Assembly: GCA_000092065.1 (NCBI GenBank)
Contig: CP000590.1
DNA: 64,000 nt
Strand: one strand, 5' to 3'
Origin: Ostreococcus lucimarinus
Taxonomy: Eukaryota
The notes below the pieces were generated by a model, which saw nothing but the letters and a program-made list of their open reading frames with translations, searched no databases and was not told where the DNA came from. Shown piece after piece: positions 61,901 to 64,000 of this stretch (positions are counted from its first letter, which is position 1; each line of letters begins with the position of its first letter). Position numbers and translations under genes: made by a program.

Positions 61901-64000
61901 TATTCTTTCTCATTCATCATTCCACAATCTGGTCGATGGACGATTCAAGCCGTCGTGAACGGTCGCATTGCAAAAGAGAGCACCACTGAAGTTGTCGTCA
62001 CATACGGCCCATTACACGCCGCCGCGTGCGTGTTGAAAGGAGGTCCTGGAATGAAACGTACGGAAGTTTGCGGTGCGCAGCGCGATATTTACTTGCAAGC
62101 TCTCGAATATGACGCAAACGGGCGCGGGATGAGCGGGCAAGAAGCTATCACAATGCACTTGATTACGCCAAGTGGTGCGACGCACACACTCGCCCCCGTT
62201 TTTGCCGAACGAGGCTCTCGCTACAAGGCCACGGTACGATGGTGGGAGGTTGGAAGACACGAGGTTGTCGCCGCAGTCGGGGGACAACCAGTTGTAGGTT
62301 CTCCATTCGTAGTGAACGTTGAAGCGCAGGAAGTGAGTCTGCCGATGTGTCGACTCTCGGGACCTGGCCTTCAGGGTGCTGTCGCGGGAGAGCGAGCCAC
62401 GATCCTCATCGAGTCAAGAGACGAACGCGGTAACCGACTCTTCAATGGCGGTGCACAAATGGGCATTGCCGTGCGATCGGGCGGTGAAACTCTTCGTGGC
62501 AAGGTGCAAGATTGCGGGGACGGTACGTATGAGGCGAGTTACATTGTCGAGCGTGCCGGACCGTTCGAGTTGTCACTGTTCCTCGGCACGGAGGCGGCTA
62601 CGTACAGGGCGACATGTAAGCCAGGACGCGTAGATTACGCCAAGTGCCGCGTTGATGGGGTGAATAATGGCGTATGGGTTGCTGGCGAGCAACTCACTCT
62701 CACAGTCACGCGCATGGATCGTTTTGGTAACAGAATCACCCGTCGCGAAGGGCTGGCGCCTTTCTTCGGCAAGGCGATTGGACCTGGAGATATCGTAAGC
62801 CAGTCGTTAGAACTCGGTAACGGAACGGCGGAAATCAAGTTGTACGGCACAGTTGCTGGAAACTATCAAATCGGTGTCTACGTTGCCGACACTCCCATTG
62901 TGCCTTACGCGAATGAGGAAGCCGAAGCTCTTATGGAGAACCAACAGCTCCTCCTCGAAGACTCAAAATCCGCTAAGTCCAAAGCAGATAGCAAAAGGAT
63001 TGAAGCGCAAGAGTCTGGTCTTCGAACAGATTCTCTCGCGGGTACCGTGCGTTCGGCGTCAAAGAGTGATATCAACGCTGGCAAGCCATTGGCCGCGGTT
63101 CCAGGAACCTTCATCGCCTCTGAAGACATTGAAGCGATGAAGGAAGTAACGCTGCCAAAGGTGACGACAATGAATGGCGTCGAAATGGTTCCGTTACCGA
63201 ATGGTTTGTTCGAGATGAACTTGATACCGACGATTGCGATGCCGAATTGCTGTGAGTTAGAAGTCATTGGTGGCACGCGCGCCGATGATTCATGGATCAC
63301 CCCAGCGGGTGACGAAGTGATTGTCAGAGTCATAGCCCGAGACAGATACAAGAATGAAACGCACTGGGAGGAGGGTCAAACGATCACCGTCGAGGCACTC
63401 GGTCCAGAGTTTCTGAGTTTCTCCTCGCACGGAACGACGAGCTTACAGAACGAGTTCGTCGCGAAGATGATTCGCGCGGGCACGTTTGAGCTTCGAGTGC
63501 TTTGTGACGCCCTTCCAGTCTGCTGGAGGGCAATGCAAGTCATCGCTGGCTTCACTTTCGCGCCGCGATCGATTTTGAGTATGGATGGGTTGAAGGACGT
63601 CAAAACTGGTAACATCGTTCGATTGACACTTCGAACAGTCGATAGGTATGCCAACCTCCGTCTTAGTGGTGGAGATACGGTGCAGCTAGCGCTCCAAGGT
63701 CCGAACGGCGCATTCGCTCGCCAAGTGAGCGTGACGGATCATCAAGATGGTACTTACGCGCTTGAATTCCAAGTCACTGCCGCAGGCAGGTGGATTATGA
63801 GTACGCGCATCAATAGTGTTCTTCACGTCGAGGGCGGAATTTCTTTTGTCGTTGCGTTCGGTACACTGACGGCAGAGGAGGCGGTGGTTTCTTTCGATCC
63901 TCCTTTGCCTAAAAACGGATCTGTTGAATGCGGTCGCACAAGCGATCTGATGCTGCATGGCGCCGGTTGGGAGACGAACAATCGCGTCATGACCGGTTTG
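55949..64000 (+). CDS. Giant multidomain protein, 5' part only. The ORF stays open to the window end (>2,680 codons) with no stop before position 64000. It has an N-terminal NT-C2 domain, ~8 filamin-type Ig repeats, a central ~600-aa all-helical module with MgtE_N/FliG-like repeats, and at least 10 further filamin repeats.
   Basis: I translated the frame codon by codon from ATG ~55949 to 64000 and found no stop. NT-C2: KFKSLRGWNVDKYQFDV..LKLLWRRGHKRAETK..AVWDETLTL..LQFAVTATP. Filamin repeats show the recurrent GDN/GGD..G.Y...F....G.W.......G..V..SPF.V signature (e.g. LRGSPMRVEV, IPGSPFEVIA, IVGSPFSVEA, VVGSPFVVNV). The central module has periodic M.PD.AA..L..M..E.AAEVL motifs. It is absent from the ORF track because there is no stop in the window. 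Confidence 0.75.
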   Translation, partial: MASEPARAKFKSLRGWNVDKYQFDVRAQSAYNVLPGTQRLKLLWRRGHKRAETKTANVTRGEAVWDETLTLSCSMFVNPKTGMYESKPAMFVLQTVNEDGSIGKTYAEATIDLLEFALNPGRELSQTVPMRQGAVSMLTHLQFAVTATPLAENVALSDVSSALSVADLADVAELAATSAVPEKLAVNVIGEHEDEGYFDEKLDVREDAQSESEKEDSEFAYFDERLAYKVEGDDTEQLPPPTAEELLSGVDAEEGIVPGVKMMRLIVGKKCKIFVRGQDNFGNARTTGGDNVEGVLIGPSGQRGLVSTKDHGDGSYLLEFTCMQQGIWTLRTRFNGRLSVERHKLVVSFGPLTAQDVRVQLPKPPFRCGAYTDMQVVVEHPEDGRILTGAEAFNVRLVSPAGLSLGVPLDIRPGTTAAVARINWPEVGEHQLDVRLDGESLRGSPMRVEVVPEDLCLAACQLQGPGVHRCTAGIRSAFVIEAHDSRGNRLLSGGAPLFLGIRTASNESYSGEIVDFGNGTYEASYSVRVSGYYELSLAILGEELVIKGLCEPGKAVVAGCELVGDAGLDLEVGSSGRYSIIRHDAYGNRVPTRQGQIKFKVTADGPGPATCTMIDRADGVSDVDVSTSVAGRYFVQVTAGDQEPIPGSPFEVIAYPSPASHETSVTTVFGAQLAASDSDVLVAVAGEEVSLSVAPRDMYGNVTVFSKSAAITATATGGGVSTSFEERTGTRTEVSLFSTFRLAGSYLLTAKIGDKVLDGYPRILTVVSAATEPRKCMLFGDALQGVRCNRVSTLTVHAADKFGNLRSTGGDVVDVNLCSPDGKYVVASKVDDHADGTYGAKFKLERPGTWEIQLVVNGRGGRTQVNEITSYFAGVKANECTFSGMGSDGVEGVVCFKQSDIVIEPADFEQNSRLMSGKEAVAVRILTPSGGISSVDLKFENGKYRGSYTWTQPGQHTVSVSLDQEAIVGSPFSVEAMSALPQIAELENMAVGEIADILPKLSGEGASQALQSLGPDKAAEALAGNTPESAVRMMAHVFPGNVAEILSCMRPDAAAATISAMPGERAAEVLSTMQSNDATQLMKNMSSGEISEKAEMFADVICGMKEDDMLVCVRELMNSRTAEKGLKSVLDKMPARVVAELTGKLDKGENTRLLSGLSHERTAAIVSKLPVELQAGVIGLLGGDSMFQMTKTLYAAYKVDKNSSAQERSRMKADAQDTGHRLAPALASMDTEELRDNFKQATPEHIGGCLFALIDAKRRQVGSKAIARPVAQMMEDGSIEWGDGSISHVNEDRSAINHSDGTSASLRVDGTIIDSDGQVLKLRPDGIITADGTVLGADGEITTAPSGPLHMFRALTTEQQTAAILELIEFSQTGNAGEILVDLTATELRETIRPMGASDQAKVFIEIGRMSPSQAARAASVLSHTEAASVVSIMVNPGSSGRCDEPFMGPFLEALAPQILRNIEPPTAVGGALATHLSPTAAAHVLHKLEPMDVSRIIEGMSPAEVRQVIESSSNIQAEAGKAVSDTPLIAALVPYVSAMDDSQAATLLEGLPADMAVGVMMCTPEERAKEIMSHTRRRDLKERIANKSLIHLDACTIVNLRGAVAGESSSFILEARERGGNRITFGGGRLTVATKLFSAPGPGVEQGTVHDRGNGEYVVQFTSTLAGKIAVVVEASGQSRAWDVNIEASDVVIPKCTIEKQGLESWTAGSPGRILLTLRDRFGNFAHSSKSILEFEARASGPGGVIVERNMLDDGKIEFLLNTTVTGIYKVAVSCLDTKEDLSGCPFEARMGTDALSQAGCTASLQSLTSSTKGPGAKAAAYGACAAMAGEEVTCVVEARDRYGNTTTFAGEHVAVIAFGPAHLPADRPFEVADVRSGRMALRAIFPRSGSYTIAVTVDGIPIATSPLILHVFPGACETSRAVLRGDALNGIVASKITSLLVQTEDKYGNHCHVGGDRVNLSMSGPNGIKVNSLDVKDNEDGTYSFSFIIPQSGRWTIQAVVNGRIAKESTTEVVVTYGPLHAAACVLKGGPGMKRTEVCGAQRDIYLQALEYDANGRGMSGQEAITMHLITPSGATHTLAPVFAERGSRYKATVRWWEVGRHEVVAAVGGQPVVGSPFVVNVEAQEVSLPMCRLSGPGLQGAVAGERATILIESRDERGNRLFNGGAQMGIAVRSGGETLRGKVQDCGDGTYEASYIVERAGPFELSLFLGTEAATYRATCKPGRVDYAKCRVDGVNNGVWVAGEQLTLTVTRMDRFGNRITRREGLAPFFGKAIGPGDIVSQSLELGNGTAEIKLYGTVAGNYQIGVYVADTPIVPYANEEAEALMENQQLLLEDSKSAKSKADSKRIEAQESGLRTDSLAGTVRSASKSDINAGKPLAAVPGTFIASEDIEAMKEVTLPKVTTMNGVEMVPLPNGLFEMNLIPTIAMPNCCELEVIGGTRADDSWITPAGDEVIVRVIARDRYKNETHWEEGQTITVEALGPEFLSFSSHGTTSLQNEFVAKMIRAGTFELRVLCDALPVCWRAMQVIAGFTFAPRSILSMDGLKDVKTGNIVRLTLRTVDRYANLRLSGGDTVQLALQGPNGAFARQVSVTDHQDGTYALEFQVTAAGRWIMSTRINSVLHVEGGISFVVAFGTLTAEEAVVSFDPPLPKNGSVECGRTSDLMLHGAGWETNNRVMTGL

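Overview
The window is a 64-kb nuclear segment from a very GC-rich (~65-70%), gene-dense eukaryote, with about 40 genes at roughly one per 1.6 kb on both strands. Most coding regions are single long ORFs. At least four genes contain short spliceosomal introns (142-241 nt) that the ORF track misses: RPL31 (2 introns), RPB7, RAD23. Their donors are GTGCGT, GTGCGG or GTGAGT, each has an ACTGAC branch point 25-40 nt upstream of a CAG/TAG acceptor, and RAD23 has a 23-nt first exon. The gene content points to a GC-rich green alga, possibly Mamiellophyceae-like. This is an inference, not a database hit. The supporting genes are Tic40, beta-carotene hydroxylase, a thylakoid Tat-signal protein, Ser/Ala/Arg-rich transit-peptide-like N-termini, a plant-type SnRK1 beta-gamma fusion subunit and a plant-type HSDL2 without SCP2. 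Recognisable genes, in order, are: a full-size ABCG transporter with an unusual N-terminal Cys-rich ectodomain and an internal near-identical NBD duplication, a Golgi-type sulfotransferase, a PX-BAR sorting nexin with WH2, GUF1/LepA, Tic40, PPEF phosphatase, an ankyrin protein, RPB7, an OSCA/TMEM63 channel, NDUFA9, the SnRK1 beta-gamma subunit, TTC27, RAD23, RtcB tRNA ligase, an NmrA-like reductase, DDX23/Prp28, an mL54-like protein, an intron-containing tRNA-Ala(UGC), beta-carotene hydroxylase, an HMCES/SRAP protein, a METTL21-like methyltransferase, RPL31, CCDC174-like, a PhoD-like phosphatase, HSDL2, a WD40 protein, an RBBP9-like hydrolase, Mps1/TTK kinase, an M14 carboxypeptidase, and a giant gene running off the 3' end (>2,680 codons; NT-C2 domain, filamin repeats, a central MgtE_N/FliG-like helical module, more filamin repeats). 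The many long Arg/Ala-rich ORFs in other frames and on antisense strands are compositional artefacts of GC richness. There is no prokaryotic-style system here (no CRISPR, no operons, no mobile element). The most novel items are the giant NT-C2/filamin/MgtE_N-like protein, the odd ABCG architecture with intragenic gene conversion, and the intron-bearing tRNA-Ala. Caveat: in a few places (around 39.96 kb, 54.05 kb and 56.5 kb) codon positions read from the displayed sequence differ by 1 nt from the ORF-track coordinates, so coordinates I derived myself (exon boundaries, trimmed starts) should be taken as +/-2 nt.
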